In this document: positions 19,236-29,054 of the stretch, piece by piece
How the letters are laid out: the number at the start of each line of letters is the position of its first letter
Numbering within the stretch: position 1 is the first letter of the stretch
Origin: an uncultured Gemmatimonadales bacterium
GTDB lineage: Bacteria; Gemmatimonadota; Gemmatimonadetes; Gemmatimonadales; GWC2-71-9
Assembly (NCBI GenBank): GCA_963730185.1
Contig: CAVSQW010000017.1
Span: forward strand, 57,780 to 121,779
DNA length: 64,000 nt
Reading direction: 5' to 3'
Program-made: the position numbers and the translations under genes
Notes under the pieces: model-generated
Seen by the model: only the letters and a program-made list of their open reading frames with translations
Told to the model about the DNA's origin: nothing
Database searches by the model: none

Positions 19236-20924
19236 GTGACCAGTCCCGCCTCGCGGGCCGGCCGACAGGCCGTACCCGCCCCTACAGCCGCCCATTCGAT
19301 TCATGCGCCGCACGCGGCCCTCCTGATCGACTTCGACAACGTGACCCTGGGGATTCGCTCCGATCTCACCAAGGAGCTCAAGCCCCTCCTCAACAGCGAC
19401 ATCATCCGCGGCAAGGTCGCGGTGCAGCGGGCCTACGCCGACTGGCGCCGGTATCCGCAGTACATCGTGCCGCTGTCCGGAGTCGTTCGATCGATCTGAT
19501 CTTCGCCACGGCGGTGGGATCGAACAAGAAGAACGCGACCGACATCCGACTCGCGATCGACGCGATCGAGCTGGTGTTCACCCGGCCCGAGATCGGCACC
19601 TTCATCCTGCTTTCGGGCGACAGTGACTTCTCCTCGCTGGTGATCAAGCTCAAGGAATACGGCAAGTACGTCATCGGCGTCGGGATCCGGGAGTCGGCCA
19701 GCGATCTCCTGATCCAGAACTGCGACGAGTACTACTCCTACAGCGAGCTGGCCGGTCTCCACAAGGAGAGCGACACGCCGTCGGCTCAGCGCGACCCCTG
19801 GGAGCTGGTCCGCGAGGCCGTGGCCCAGATGGCCCGCCAGGGCGACGTGATGCGGTCCGATCGGCTGAAGCAGGTCATGCAGCAGATCGACCCGAACTTC
19901 GACGAGCGAAACGCCAGCTTCAGTCGGTTCAGCAAGTTCGTCGCCGAAGCGGCCAACCGCTCGCTGCTCAAGCTGGCCAAGCTCGACAACGGGCAGTTCG
20001 AGGTGGCGCCCATGGACGGGGCTGCGCCGTCGGCACCGGAGGCGAAGGGCGAGCCGGAGGAGGGCGGTCGAGGCCGGGGCCGGAGCCGCCGGGGACGGGG
20101 AGACCGGGATCGTGATCGTGATCGGGACCGCGATCGAGGGCAGCGGGGTGGGGGACGTCGGGCCGAGGAGGCCCCGAAGGCGGCGGCCGAGCGCCCAGCG
20201 GCCGAGCGCCCGCGGCGGCGCCAGGCGCCCGACCGCCTGACGCTTGGAGCGGCGTTCGAGCTGATGACCCGAAGCTCTGGAGGAGCTGGGCAAGCCGGTG
20301 GATCACGAGAGCTTGCGGGCCCGGATGGCGGCGCTTCACGGACGCGAGGACGGGTTGCTCGAGCCGAGCCGGTTCGGTCGGCTGCTCCGCCAGGCGAACG
20401 ACGCGGAGATCGCCGACGTGCGGAAGGTTGGCGACGACGAGTACGAGGTGGCGATGCCGCGCGACCGGGCTCGCGTCCGAGCCGCGTCGGCGCCGGCGAG
20501 TCAGGCCCGCCCCGCCGCCGAGGCCCCGACCGAGACGCCGACTTCTGGCGCGGAGAACGGTGAGCCTGCGGCCGACGAGGCGGGCGACGGCGATCCCGGG
20601 GCCGGGCGGACCTCGACCCTGCGATTCCGCCGTGGCTCGCGAGGCGGCGCCGTCAAGGCGCAGGACATTCCGCTGATCGGCGTGGTGGACATGGAGCCCG
20701 AGGAGGCGCCGGCGCCGGCGGCGAAGCCCGAGCCGAAGACGCGGACCCGGCGGTCAGGCGCCAAACGAAAGTCGGCCCAGTCGAAGGCCAAGCCCGCGGC
20801 GTCGTCCGAGGCGGCCCCGGCCGACCCGCCGACCGAGGCGGCCACCACCCGGGATCCTGCCCCGGCCAAGAAGGCGACCAAGCCTCGGGCCCGCCGGGGG
20901 CGGGGCAAGGCCAAGCCGTCCTGA
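19236..20924 (+). CDS. NYN (LabA/DUF88) domain protein with OST-HTH/LOTUS-like regions; apparent frameshifts near 19480-19514 and 20270
   Basis: LLIDFDNV, RAYADW, KNATDIRLAIDA, LSGDSDF, FDERNASFSRFSKF; split over three ORFs. Confidence 0.85.
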
Positions 20925-21493
20925 CCCGGCCACTCCCGGAACGATTCTTTCGCCGCCCCGCCGAGCTCGTTGCCCGAGAGCTCCTCGGGGCGGTGATCGT
21001 TTCCGACCTCGGTGGCGCCCGGGTCAGGGGGCGGATCGTGGAAACCGAGGCCTATCTCGGATCCGACGACCCGGCCTCGCATGCCTACCGAGGTCGTCGC
21101 CATCCGGGCAACGAGTCGCTCTACCTCGCCCCGGGGCACTGGTACGTGTATCGCTCCTACGGGATCCACTGGTGCGCCAATCTGGTCGCCGCCCCACCGG
21201 GACGGGGCGGGGCGGTGCTGCTCCGGGGCCTCGAGGTGCTCGAGGGCCGGGAGGTGGTCGCCCGCCGGCGGCCCGGGGTGCGGGAAGCGCTGTGGACCGA
21301 CGGCCCAGGCAAGCTCTGCCAGGCGCTGGCGATCGATCGCGGGCTGGACGGGTACAAGATGAGAGCCTCGCCGGTCACGATCTGGCCGGGCGAGGCTCCC
21401 GAGGAGGGCTCGATTGCGGTGACGCCAAGGATCGGCCTCACCAAGGCGGCCGATTGGCCGCTGCGCTATCTGGTCAGTACCCGCCGCCCTTGA
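20921..21493 (+). CDS. mpg: DNA-3-methyladenine glycosylase
   Basis: FFRRPAELVARELLG upstream of the called start; GRIVETEAY, YVYRSYGIHWC, GPGKLCQAL, TPRIG; start uncertain. Confidence 0.92.
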   Translation: MTRPLPERFFRRPAELVARELLGAVIVSDLGGARVRGRIVETEAYLGSDDPASHAYRGRRHPGNESLYLAPGHWYVYRSYGIHWCANLVAAPPGRGGAVLLRGLEVLEGREVVARRRPGVREALWTDGPGKLCQALAIDRGLDGYKMRASPVTIWPGEAPEEGSIAVTPRIGLTKAADWPLRYLVSTRRP

Positions 21494-22136
21494 CGCCTTC
21501 CTTGGCGCTGCCGAGCGAGAATCGAAGGCCGCCGGTCAGGGCGTGCGTCGCGCCCCGGAGCAGGTGGCCCGCCGCAGGCGATGTGCTCAGCTGATACTGT
21601 CCGAACGCCATCACCCGGCCGATTCTGAACTGGACGCCGGCCACCAGCGAGGCGAAGCCGTCGGTCGATCGCTGGTCAGCCGCGGTCTTGGCGGTGGCCG
21701 CGGCGATCGGCGAGGTGAAGAACCCCTGCGGCTGCGGGTCGACGACCTGAATCAGGCCGAACCCGAGGCCGAAGTACGGCTGGGTGTTTCCCCGAATCGG
21801 ATAGCCGACGAGGGTGGCGGAGTAGCGTCGGATCATGTCGAACTGAACGCCGCGTACGCCGGCGTTGGCCGTGTTGTCCGCGTAGCCGCTCACCTCGTTG
21901 CTACCGAACGCCTGATCGACCGAGACGAGGAGGCCGGTTCGCTTGGCCACCACCAGGAGCTGGCCCCCAGCGGTCGGAACCCAGGCCCTGGTCTGGGACG
22001 GGGTTTCGAACCCCAGGACGCCGCCGGCGCCGCCGACGTACCAGCGGAAGGAGTCGTCCCACTGCTGGGCCGAGGCCGCGGTCCAGCTCAGGGCCAGGCC
22101 GAGGGCGGCGACAGAAAGGACTCGGGTAACGCGCAT
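21474..22136 (-). CDS. Secreted outer-membrane beta-barrel-like protein
   Basis: GGAGG RBS, signal peptide ending AASA-Q, amphipathic strands (QPYFGLGFG, GGLRFSL). Confidence 0.7.
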   Translation of the reverse strand: MRVTRVLSVAALGLALSWTAASAQQWDDSFRWYVGGAGGVLGFETPSQTRAWVPTAGGQLLVVAKRTGLLVSVDQAFGSNEVSGYADNTANAGVRGVQFDMIRRYSATLVGYPIRGNTQPYFGLGFGLIQVVDPQPQGFFTSPIAAATAKTAADQRSTDGFASLVAGVQFRIGRVMAFGQYQLSTSPAAGHLLRGATHALTGGLRFSLGSAKEGVKGGGY

Positions 22137-22430
22137 GAACAGCCTCCGTCGAGACAGTCGCACCTGCATAGAGGGCGGAGTGTGACCCCCCGTCCTTAGG
22201 CAAACCCCGTGCTCAGGCCACTTTCTGCATCGGCTGACCAGAAGTTAGACGGTGTTCACCTGGTTCCGGAGCCGAAGATCTCGCCATAAGTGTAATGGTT
22301 ACATTGCCTTGTAGTGAAGTCCCCTGGTCGGCAATCGACCGTGCCGCCCGGCTGGTCGAGAAACGGCCGGACCGTGTGGCCCGGGCGGACCCGGGTTTTT
22401 TCTGGGGTCTTGGGGAGTTCCGCCAGACCC

Positions 22431-23630
22431 CTAGATCAGTCCCAACTGCCGTCCGACCTTGGCGAAGGCCCGGAGGGCCTCGTCCAGGTCGTCCCGGGAG
22501 TGGGCGCCGGAGATCTGGCAGCGCACCCGGGCCGTGCCCTGAGGCACCACGGGGTATCCGAAACCGGTCACGAAGACCCCCTCGTCCAAGAGCAGCTCGC
22601 TCATCCGAATGGCGTGGGCAGTCTCGCCGATGATCACCGGGACGATCGGGGTCTCCCCCTCCAGCGGCTTGAAGCCCAGCTCGGCCAGAGCTCCCCGGAA
22701 GTAGCGGGTGTTGTCCTGGAGCTTCCGGACCCGCTCCGGATGGGCCTCGACGTAGTGGATGGCGGCCAGGCCGGCGGCGGCCACGGCCGCGGGGAGGGCG
22801 TTGGTGAAGAGCTGGGGCCGGGCCCGCTGGATCAGGTAGTCGGTTACCGCGGGCGACCCCGCCACGAACCCGCCGGCACCGCCGGACAGCGCCTTCCCGA
22901 GGGTGGTGGTGATGACGTCGACCTCGCCGAGGAGACCGAAATGCTCGGCGGTGCCGCGGCCGGTCGCGCCCAGCACGCCGGTCGAGTGGCTGTCGTCCAC
23001 AACCAGTACGGCGCCGTGCTTCCGGCAGACGGTCAGGAGGTCGGGCAGGTTCACGATTGCACCCTCCATCGAGAACACGCCGTCGGTGATGACCATCTTG
23101 ACCTGGCGGTCGGACGCCGCGGCCAGCTTGGCGTCCAGGTCCTTCATGTCGTTGTGCTCGTAGACGCCGGTCTGGCACTTGGTAATCGACTTGGCCAGCC
23201 GGACACCGTCGATGATGGAAGCGTGATTGAGCCGGTCGCTGAGGACCAGGTCGTGCTCGGTCAGCACCGTGGCGGGGAGCGCCTCGTTGGCGTTCCAGCA
23301 GCTCATGAACGAGAGGGATGACTCGGTGCCGACGAACCGGGCCAGGGCGGCCTCGAGGTCGCGGTGGAGGGTGAGCGTGCCGCAGATGAATCGGACCGAG
23401 GCGGAGCCGGCGCCGAACTGGTCGAAGGCGGCCTTGCCGGCGGCGACGACCTCGGGCTGGTTGGAAAGGCCGAGGTAGTTGTTGGAGGAGAGAATGATGA
23501 CCTCACCCCGACCCTCCATCCTGACCCGGGCCGCCTGGGGACCCTCGAGGAAGTTGAGGCGCTTGTAGACGCCGTCCGTCCGGAATTGGGCGATCTCGTG
23601 GGTGAGGCGGGTGTCGAGAGCGTTGCTCAT
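22431..23630 (-). CDS. kbl: Glycine C-acetyltransferase (2-amino-3-ketobutyrate CoA ligase)
   Basis: SSNNYLGL, SVRFICGT, LNHASIIDG, DGVFSMEG, TLGKAL; ATGA coupling with tdh. Confidence 0.95.
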   Translation of the reverse strand: MSNALDTRLTHEIAQFRTDGVYKRLNFLEGPQAARVRMEGRGEVIILSSNNYLGLSNQPEVVAAGKAAFDQFGAGSASVRFICGTLTLHRDLEAALARFVGTESSLSFMSCWNANEALPATVLTEHDLVLSDRLNHASIIDGVRLAKSITKCQTGVYEHNDMKDLDAKLAAASDRQVKMVITDGVFSMEGAIVNLPDLLTVCRKHGAVLVVDDSHSTGVLGATGRGTAEHFGLLGEVDVITTTLGKALSGGAGGFVAGSPAVTDYLIQRARPQLFTNALPAAVAAAGLAAIHYVEAHPERVRKLQDNTRYFRGALAELGFKPLEGETPIVPVIIGETAHAIRMSELLLDEGVFVTGFGYPVVPQGTARVRCQISGAHSRDDLDEALRAFAKVGRQLGLI

Positions 23631-24670
23631 GACGCGATCTCCAGAATGACTTTGCCGGCCCGACCGTCCTTGATGACCGCGATCGCGTCGGCGATCGCCT
23701 CGATCGGGAAGCGGTGGGTCACGACGGGGGTGGGGTCGAACTGTCCGCTCCGGATCAGCCGCCCCATCGTGTTCCAGGTCGAGTACATCTTGCGGCCGGT
23801 CACGCCGTAGAGGGTGAGCCCCTTGAAGATCACTTCCTTCGCGAAATCCACCTCGGTGCTCCGGCTCGGGGTGCCGAGCATGTTGACGCGGCCGCCGAGT
23901 CGGGCGGCGGCGAAGGCCTGGGCATGGCCGGCCGGGTGGCCGCTCATTTCGCAGACCAGGTCGGCGCCGTTGCCGTGGGTGGCGTCGAGGACCCGGGCGA
24001 CGACATCGTCGCGGTTCGGGTTGAGAGTGAGCTGGGCGCCCATCGTCCGAGCCAGCTCGAGCCGCATCTCGTTGGTGTCGCTGGCCACGACGACCGAGGC
24101 CCCGGCGGCCTGGGCGATGCCCACCGCGAAAAGGCCGATCGGGCCGCAGCCCAGCACGAAGACGGTGCTGCCCGGCAGCTCGACGCCTTCGAGCACGGTA
24201 TGGACCGCGTTCCCGATCGGATCCATGATGGCGCCCACGTCGACCGGGATGCCGTGGAGCTTCATCACGTTCGACACCGGCATCGCGATGTAGTCGGCGA
24301 AGGCGCCGTCCCGATCGACGCCGATGATCCGGGTCCGCTTGCAGAGATGCGAGTAGCCGGTCCGGCACTGGAGGCAGTGCCCGCAGACGATGTGGCCCTC
24401 GGCGGTGACCAGGTCGCCGACTTGGAGGATGCCGGCGGCGCGGGCGTCTTCGCCCAGCTCCACGATCTCGCCGGCGAACTCGTGCCCGATCACCACCGGC
24501 GGCTCCATCCGGCCGCTGGCCCAGCGATCCCACTCCCAGATGTGGAGGTCGGTGCCGCAGACGCCGGCGGCGTGCACCTTGATCAGCACGTCGGCGGGAC
24601 CCGCCGCGGGCATGGGCACGTCCTCCAGAGTCATGCCGACCCCAGGTTTCGTCTTGACGATCGCTCGCAT
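23627..24670 (-). CDS. tdh: L-threonine 3-dehydrogenase
   Basis: CGTDLHI, GHEFAG, AEGHIVCGHCLQC, GCGPIG; paired with kbl. Confidence 0.95.
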   Translation of the reverse strand: MRAIVKTKPGVGMTLEDVPMPAAGPADVLIKVHAAGVCGTDLHIWEWDRWASGRMEPPVVIGHEFAGEIVELGEDARAAGILQVGDLVTAEGHIVCGHCLQCRTGYSHLCKRTRIIGVDRDGAFADYIAMPVSNVMKLHGIPVDVGAIMDPIGNAVHTVLEGVELPGSTVFVLGCGPIGLFAVGIAQAAGASVVVASDTNEMRLELARTMGAQLTLNPNRDDVVARVLDATHGNGADLVCEMSGHPAGHAQAFAAARLGGRVNMLGTPSRSTEVDFAKEVIFKGLTLYGVTGRKMYSTWNTMGRLIRSGQFDPTPVVTHRFPIEAIADAIAVIKDGRAGKVILEIAS

Positions 24671-24674
24671 GCTT

Positions 24675-24895
24675 GGGTAGGGAGTGGGGAGTAGTGAGTG
24701 GGGAGTAGTAAGTCGGGAGCAGGGAGTGAGTTGGGAGTCGTGAGTAGGGGAATGTAGCGGGATCATGCCGAGATTGTGACGTCGGGACGAGCCCCGGCGG
24801 GGGAGTGGGCAGGAGGACAGTGATCGCCGTGGCAGTACCCTACTCCCGATTCCCTACTCCCTCCCTATTCCCTATTCCCAATTCCCTACTCCCAA
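24675..24895. repeat. Two inverted arrays of degenerate heptamer tandem repeats
   Basis: (GGGAGTR/GTGAGTR)n at ~24675-24755 and (CCCTAYT)n at ~24838-24895. Confidence 0.75.
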
Positions 24896-27806
24896 TCTTC
24901 ACTGCGCAGACCTTGAACTCCGCGATCTTCGCGTAGGGATCGAGCGCCGGGTTGGTGAGCAGGTTGGCGGCGGCCTCGCGGAAGTGCATCGGAATGAACA
25001 CCTGGCCGGCGGCCTGGCGATTCGAGACCCGGACGCCGATCAGGATCGAGGCCCGGCGGGAGGCCACCTCCACCGTGTCGCCGTCGGCGACACCCAGCGC
25101 CGCCGCGTCGGACGCGGCCATCTCCACCACCGGGACGGGCTCCCGCGAATCGAGTCCGCGGGACCGGCGGGTCATGGTACCGGTGTGCCAGTGGACCATC
25201 TGACGCCCGGTGTTGAGGAAGAACGGGTACTCGTCGTCGGGCAACTCCGCGGCCGGGAGGAACTCCACCGGCACGAACAGGGCCCGACCGTCCGGGGTCG
25301 GGAAGCGCTCGGCGAAGAGAAACGCGGTGCCCGTCGAGTCGGGGGTGGGGACCGGGTACTGAACGGCGCCCTCGCGGCGGAGCTTCTGGTGCGACACCCC
25401 CCGCCAGTTCGGGGTAACCCGGGCGATCTCGTCCATCGCCTCCTCGGCGGTCCGGTACGGGGTGGCCAGCCCCAGCCGCTCGCTCATCTCGATCAGGATA
25501 TCGAGGTCCTTGCGGGCACTCCCCGGGAGCGAGACCGCGGTTTCGGTGAGTTGGATGTGCCGATCGGTGTTGACGTAGGTGCCCTCCTTCTCGGCGAAGG
25601 ACGAGCCGGGGAGCACCACGTCCGCCCAGCGGGCGGTCTCGGTCAGGAAGAGGTCGTGCACCACCAGGAACTCGAGCTTCCGGACCCATTCCTCCGCCTT
25701 CGAGACGTTGGGGTCGGAGAGGACCGGGTTCTCGCCCATGATGTACATCGCCCGGACCGGGCTTCCCGCCTTGACGATCTCGGTGACCATCAGGCCTTCG
25801 TCGAGCGAGAGCGATTCCGGGGGCACCCCCCAGGCGGCCGCGTACTCGGCCCGAATCTGGGGGTCCTTCACCGAACGGTAGTCCGTGTACACGAACGGGA
25901 TCGCGCCCACGTCGCTCGCGCCCTGGACGTTGTTCTGTCCCCGAATCGGGAGCATCGCGCTGCCCCACCGGCCCACCATCCCGCAGGCCAGCATCAGATT
26001 GAGCAGGCTTGCCACGATGTCGGTGCCGGTGGAGTGCTGGGTGAGGCCCATCGCCCAGAGGGTCGAGGTATTGGGGCCCCGGGCGTAGAGCTCCGCCGCC
26101 CGGCGGATGGTCTCGGCCGGGATGCCGGTGATTCTGGACGTGAGCTCGAGCGAGTACGGGGCCACCGCCGCCTTCACGGTCTCGAACTCGCGGGTCCGGT
26201 CGGCGACGAATCGTTCGTCCACCAGGCCGGCCGCGATGATGTGCGCCAGCATCCCGTTGAACAGGGCGACGTCGGTGCCGGGCAGCATCTGGAGGTGGAC
26301 GTCGGCCCGGGCGGCCAGCTCGGTCCGGCGCACGTCGGCGACGACCAGCTTGGCGCCCCGGGCGTGGGCCCGTTTGATCAGGGCGCCGAAGACCGGGTGC
26401 GACTCGGTGGTATTGGCGCCCGCGATGAAGATCACGTCGCAGGCTTCCTCGATCTCGCGCATCGAGCCGGAAGCGGCCGAGGTGGCGAGCGCCCGACTCA
26501 TGGCGGCGACCGAGGTGGAATGACAGAGCCGGGTGCAGTGGTCGACGTTGTTGGTTCGGAAGCCGCCCCGGACCATCCGCATCAGGGTGTAGTTCTCCTC
26601 GTTGGAGCACTTGGCCGAGGAGAAGGAGGCCAGGGCGTGGGGCCCGATCTCGTCGCGCACCCGGCGGAGCTCCTGGGCGGCCAGGCTCATGGCCTCGTCC
26701 CAGGTCGCGGGCCGGAACACGTCGTACCAGTCGGCCGGCGTGGCCACCCGGTCGCGGGCGTCGGCTTGGTCCTCGCGACGGGGCCCCATCATGAGGGGTT
26801 TCCCGACCTGCCGCTCCGGGGGCCGCGGCTTGCGGCCCTTGGCGCCCTGGGCCACGGTGTCCCAGGCGCCGGTCCGATAGCGGGGGCGTTCGCCGGTCCA
26901 GACCCACCGGTCGCCTCTTTGCTCCCATCCGATCCGGATCAGGGGAGTCGTGAGCCGGTCGCGGTGTTGGGGGAAGTCGTAGCCGAAGCGGCCCTTGATG
27001 CAGGTCGACCCCTGGTTGGGGGTCCGTTCCTCGATCCAGGGCGAGGTGACCCGCATGACCCGGTCGTCCTTGACGTGGACGTTGATCTGGCAGCCGACGC
27101 CGCAGTACGGACAGACCGACCGGGCCACCGTGTCCGGCGCCGCCAGCTGCTCGGGCGAGAACTGGCGGCGGGGCAGGACTTCGAAGATCGCATCGGTGGG
27201 GCAGACCCGGACGCACTCCCCGCACCAGGTGCACCCGGCGTGGTCGGGATCGCCGTCGCCACCCACGATGATCCGGGTTTCCGCCCCCCGTTCCGCGACG
27301 TCGAGCACGCCGACCTCCTGGATATCCTCGCAGGCCCGGACACACCGGGTGCAGAGGATGCAGAGGCTCATGTCGTGCTGGATCATCACGTCGCCGGGGC
27401 GCTCGTCGCCGCCCCTGAGGCCGAGGTCGGAGCGGGAGCGGGGGACGACGTCGTTCTCGACGACGTACCGCTCGAACTCGTTGCGGGGATTGGCGCGGCC
27501 GCCGTTGCCCAGGTGCTCGGCCGGATATCGCTCGAGGAGCAGGCCCAGGACGCTCTGGCGGTTCGCGACGCACTCCGGCGAGTCCGTCTTCACCACCATC
27601 CCGTCGGCGGCTGGGGTAAAGCAGGCCGGCGTGAGTTTGGGATTGCCCTCGACCGCGACCAGGCAGACGCGGCAGTTGGCCACGACCGGGAGCTTCGGGT
27701 ACCAGCAAAGGGTCGGAATCTCGACGCCGTGCTCGCGGGCCGCTTCGAGAATCGTCTGACCCGGCTTGAACTCAACGGCGGTGCCGTTGATCGTGAAATG
27801 CGGCAT
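24840..27806 (-). CDS. fdhF: Formate dehydrogenase alpha subunit (Mo/W-bisPGD, N-terminal Fe-S domains)
   Basis: 2Fe-2S domain, CILCTRCVRAC/CTWCGECVRVCP, CPYCGVGC, RLCHSTS (Cys ligand), RGQNNVQG. Confidence 0.92.
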   Translation of the reverse strand: MPHFTINGTAVEFKPGQTILEAAREHGVEIPTLCWYPKLPVVANCRVCLVAVEGNPKLTPACFTPAADGMVVKTDSPECVANRQSVLGLLLERYPAEHLGNGGRANPRNEFERYVVENDVVPRSRSDLGLRGGDERPGDVMIQHDMSLCILCTRCVRACEDIQEVGVLDVAERGAETRIIVGGDGDPDHAGCTWCGECVRVCPTDAIFEVLPRRQFSPEQLAAPDTVARSVCPYCGVGCQINVHVKDDRVMRVTSPWIEERTPNQGSTCIKGRFGYDFPQHRDRLTTPLIRIGWEQRGDRWVWTGERPRYRTGAWDTVAQGAKGRKPRPPERQVGKPLMMGPRREDQADARDRVATPADWYDVFRPATWDEAMSLAAQELRRVRDEIGPHALASFSSAKCSNEENYTLMRMVRGGFRTNNVDHCTRLCHSTSVAAMSRALATSAASGSMREIEEACDVIFIAGANTTESHPVFGALIKRAHARGAKLVVADVRRTELAARADVHLQMLPGTDVALFNGMLAHIIAAGLVDERFVADRTREFETVKAAVAPYSLELTSRITGIPAETIRRAAELYARGPNTSTLWAMGLTQHSTGTDIVASLLNLMLACGMVGRWGSAMLPIRGQNNVQGASDVGAIPFVYTDYRSVKDPQIRAEYAAAWGVPPESLSLDEGLMVTEIVKAGSPVRAMYIMGENPVLSDPNVSKAEEWVRKLEFLVVHDLFLTETARWADVVLPGSSFAEKEGTYVNTDRHIQLTETAVSLPGSARKDLDILIEMSERLGLATPYRTAEEAMDEIARVTPNWRGVSHQKLRREGAVQYPVPTPDSTGTAFLFAERFPTPDGRALFVPVEFLPAAELPDDEYPFFLNTGRQMVHWHTGTMTRRSRGLDSREPVPVVEMAASDAAALGVADGDTVEVASRRASILIGVRVSNRQAAGQVFIPMHFREAAANLLTNPALDPYAKIAEFKVCAVKIGSRELGIGNREGVGNRE

Positions 27807-27874
27807 CTCGTCCCCGGCCGAACGTTACGTCGAGTTTAGGCCGGGAACGAGAGGTCGCGCAAGGCGGTGAGGCC

Positions 27875-28042
27875 CTAAGGGTTATCGTGATCGCGCGGGA
27901 CCCGGCGGTGCCAGGGGTCGCGCTCCGGTTCGCGTTCCACGCTCCAGAGATACGCCCAGAAACGGGTCGCGCTGGTGTGAGAGAGGCCCGGCTGAATGAC
28001 GATCCCGACCGGGTGGCGGGTTCCAGAGAGTGATTCCGGCAT
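27875..28042 (-). CDS. Small hypothetical protein (55 aa)
   Basis: GGGAGG RBS just before ATG; fills the intergenic gap on the same strand as its neighbours. Confidence 0.5.
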   Translation of the reverse strand: MPESLSGTRHPVGIVIQPGLSHTSATRFWAYLWSVEREPERDPWHRRVPRDHDNP

Positions 28043-28112
28043 GGCGACCTCCCGTCGCGTTGTCCCTACATGGCAACCACGCATGGAAAGGGACGACACC
28101 CGACCGAGGTTG

Positions 28113-28994
28113 CTACACAGCCGGGCGGGCCGCGGCGGGGTGGGACAGGTCGCGGGCTGGCGGGCCGGCCAGCAGCACGCCTCGGAGCCCAGCTCCCTTT
28201 TGGCTGCCCTTGGTGTCGGGAAGGGGGAGACGGACCCAGTCGGGATAGTGATGAAGGCACCCTTCGGCCGCCGATCCGGGACGTCCCGACACGACCGCGT
28301 GGACTCCTTCGGCGGTGGTCAGGGTCTGGACCCGACCGAGCAGGGTGCGCTGGCGTTCCTTCGGGAGGGCTTCGACGACACCCGCGTCGACCACGACCAA
28401 GTGGACCGGGGCCAGCGGGGGCAGCCACTGGCCCAGGGCTACCACGTAGACGGAGCACCGGGCTCCAAGAGACTCGGAGGCCAGAATGTCTTCGACCTTG
28501 TCGGCGGTGGCCGAGTCCTCGAAGAGGCAGATGACTTCGATATCGTGCGCCGCCAGGAGGTAGGTGGCCCGTTCGGCGCCGGAACCGACGACCAAGGCCC
28601 GGTCGCCCGGCTCGAGCCGGGGCAGCACCACGGCGACCGGATCGGTTCGGTCGATCTGCCAGTGGTTCGGGTCGCGCTGGGCCCGCCGGAGGGGCTGGAT
28701 CCGGGACCGCCAGCGCCGGAGGGTCGGCAGATTGAGCCGCCGCTTGATGTGCTCGTCCACGGTTTCCTGCATGAGCACTTCGGTGAGGAGCAGCTGGTCA
28801 CTGGTGCCGCCCTGGAGCTCGTGGGCCGCCTCATCGCCCAACCTGAGCAGCTCGCCTCGGGAGAGGGAGTTCTTGTAGTCCTCGATCCGCTGCATGATGT
28901 ACTCGTGGTACTGCTGCTTGATGGAGGGCAGCGAACGCTTCCGGCGCGGTGCGCCGCGCCGGAACTGCAGGTCGAGGTCTTCGGCGGTCAGCAC
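28113..28994 (-). CDS. Hypothetical protein with degenerate SAM-methyltransferase-like C-terminal fold
   Basis: RALVVGSG resembles motif I; clear promoter upstream. Confidence 0.65.
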   Translation of the reverse strand: MLTAEDLDLQFRRGAPRRKRSLPSIKQQYHEYIMQRIEDYKNSLSRGELLRLGDEAAHELQGGTSDQLLLTEVLMQETVDEHIKRRLNLPTLRRWRSRIQPLRRAQRDPNHWQIDRTDPVAVVLPRLEPGDRALVVGSGAERATYLLAAHDIEVICLFEDSATADKVEDILASESLGARCSVYVVALGQWLPPLAPVHLVVVDAGVVEALPKERQRTLLGRVQTLTTAEGVHAVVSGRPGSAAEGCLHHYPDWVRLPLPDTKGSQKGAGLRGVLLAGPPARDLSHPAAARPAV

Positions 28995-29021
28995 GATGAT
29001 GGTCGAGGGACGTTGCCTTGC

Positions 29022-29050
29022 AGTATAACAGGGAGTGTTAGGCGCGCCAA
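29022..29050 (-). promoter_or_regulatory. Sigma-70-type promoter
   Basis: TTGGCG-N17-TATACT with extended TG. Confidence 0.65.
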
Positions 29051-29054
29051 CGGG

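Noticed and set aside
24886..27839. Long alternative-frame and antisense ORFs (940 aa, 951 aa, and similar throughout)
   Set aside because: Shadows of real genes in high-GC DNA; Arg/Pro/Gly-rich with no motifs
28061..28078. Additional 18-bp enhancer-like site TGTCC-N8-CAACC
   Set aside because: Single, degenerate, and no sigma-54 box found nearby
29036..29045. GTTAGGC as an integron core site
   Set aside because: Lies in a promoter spacer among housekeeping genes with no attC structure
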